From an uncultured Acidobacteriota bacterium (GTDB lineage Bacteria; Acidobacteriota; Thermoanaerobaculia; UBA5066; DATFVB01), in the NCBI GenBank assembly GCA_963813155.1, contig CAWEYG010000001.1, forward strand, positions 1 to 64,000: a stretch of DNA of 64,000 nt. Reading direction: 5' to 3'. The notes below the pieces were generated by a model, which saw only the letters and a list, made by a program, of their open reading frames with translations, was not told where the DNA came from and did no database searches. Each line of letters opens with the position of its first letter. The stretch's first letter is position 1. Made by a program: the position numbers and the translations under genes. Below are positions 62,757-64,000 of the stretch, one piece after another.

Positions 62757-63553
62757 CGGCCGCCGGCTCGATTCCGATGTTTCTTCTCGGCCACTATCAC
62801 CTCACGTGGCGAGACGCCCTGGACATCGCGATCGTCGCGATCGTCATCTACAACCTCTTCCTGCTCGTCCGCGGAACGAGGGCGATCCAGATGATCCTCG
62901 GCCTGCTCGTGATTCTCACGGTCTACTGGATCGCGGTTTTCCTGAAGTTGCCGACCCTCCGCGGCGTTCTCAAGGAAGTCCTGTTCTACCTGCCGCTCGC
63001 GATCATCGTCCTGTTCGCCGCCGAGATCCGCAAGGCGCTCCAGCAGTTCGGCCGAAATCCCTTCCTGGCCTTCGTGTCCGGCTCGGACTCCCAGGACGTC
63101 GTCTCCGACGTCGTTCTCGCGGCGACTTCGTTGTCCGCCAAGCGCATCGGAGCGCTGATCGCGCTCGAACGACGGGACGGCCTGAAGACGTACATCGAGA
63201 ACGGCGTTCGTCTCGACTCCGCCATCTCGTACGAGCTGCTCGTCAACATCTTCGTTCCGGGAACGCCGTTGCACGACGGCGCCGTGATCGTCTCGGGGAA
63301 TCGGGTCGCTTCCGCGTCGTCGTTCCTTCCTCTCACCCAGCGGACGGGCCTGCCGAAGGAATACGGGACCCGGCACCGGGCGGCGATCGGGCTCTCCGAG
63401 GAAACCGACGCCGTCGTCGTCGTGATCTCCGAGGAGCGCGGAAGCATCTCGCTCGCGCGCGACGGACTGCTCACGGACGGCCTGGACGGGAAGTCGCTTC
63501 GCGAAGCGCTCGCGCACCTCGCCTCCCGCGCCCCCGAGGTCGCCCCGGCATGA
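62753..63553 (+). CDS. cdaA: Diadenylate cyclase CdaA/DacA
   Basis: Three TM helices, LHDGA and GTRHRAA motifs. Confidence 0.95.
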   Translation: MTAAGSIPMFLLGHYHLTWRDALDIAIVAIVIYNLFLLVRGTRAIQMILGLLVILTVYWIAVFLKLPTLRGVLKEVLFYLPLAIIVLFAAEIRKALQQFGRNPFLAFVSGSDSQDVVSDVVLAATSLSAKRIGALIALERRDGLKTYIENGVRLDSAISYELLVNIFVPGTPLHDGAVIVSGNRVASASSFLPLTQRTGLPKEYGTRHRAAIGLSEETDAVVVVISEERGSISLARDGLLTDGLDGKSLREALAHLASRAPEVAPA

Positions 63554-64000
63554 AACGCTGGCTCCTGCAGAACCTCGGCTGGAAATTGCTCGCGCTCGCA
63601 CTTTCGGTCTTCCTGTGGTTCTCGCTGTCGGGCCAGCGGCGCGAACGGGTGTCCGAGCGCGGATACGTGATCCCGCTGACGGTCGTCAACGTCCCGCCCC
63701 AGATGGTGATCGCTTCGAGCATTCCGGATTCTGTCGACGTTCGCCTCAAGGGCCCGTTCACGTCCATCCGGCTCGCCGACCCCTCGAAAATGGAAGCCGT
63801 CATGGACCTCTCCGGCGGCGAGCCGGGAGAGCGCATCTACAAGCTCTCCGGCGACGACATCAACGCCCCGGAGGACCTCGAGGTGATCGGCATCTCGCCC
63901 AGCGCCGTTCGACTCCAGCTCCAGAAGCTCGCCGAGCGAACGGTCGCGATCGTTCCACGGCTTCAGCCGCCGTCCCCGGACGCCTTCGTCGGAGTCGAGC
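63550..64000 (+). CDS. CdaR/YbbR-like regulator, 3'-partial
   Basis: NLGWKLLALALSVFLW then VDVRLKGP; ATGA overlap with cdaA. Confidence 0.88.
   Translation, partial: MKRWLLQNLGWKLLALALSVFLWFSLSGQRRERVSERGYVIPLTVVNVPPQMVIASSIPDSVDVRLKGPFTSIRLADPSKMEAVMDLSGGEPGERIYKLSGDDINAPEDLEVIGISPSAVRLQLQKLAERTVAIVPRLQPPSPDAFVGVE

Overview
High-GC bacterial chromosomal segment, mostly housekeeping genes. The kinase-beta-propeller protein, MglA-like GTPase, cdaA-cdaR and diderm envelope genes suggest Acidobacteriota (inference). Many genes, including essential secA, ftsH and tilS, are split by single-base frameshifts, which points to long-read indel errors. In order, the window holds: a Wzy-type polysaccharide export locus; a Ser/Thr kinase; tRNA-Gln followed by a lower-GC patch (tatA, amtB, a gene fragment, a PilZ-like gene); an FHA-GAF adenylate cyclase; an arginine deiminase operon; sthA with an apparent DUF429-like fusion; purB, rlpA and thiD; the hrcA-grpE-dnaK-dnaJ-prmA operon trailed by small accessory genes (FosX-like, Pth2); an MglA-like GTPase; secA-guaB; rarA, carD and tRNA-Leu; and tilS-hpt-ftsH-folP-cdaA-cdaR. 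The best leads are a twice-repeated ~135 nt intergenic hairpin with an invariant 39-nt core and compensatory base changes, the SthA fusion, a degenerate Hpt, an extended orphan MglA, and a possible C-terminal sorting signal in the polysaccharide locus. No CRISPR array, integrase or transposase was seen.
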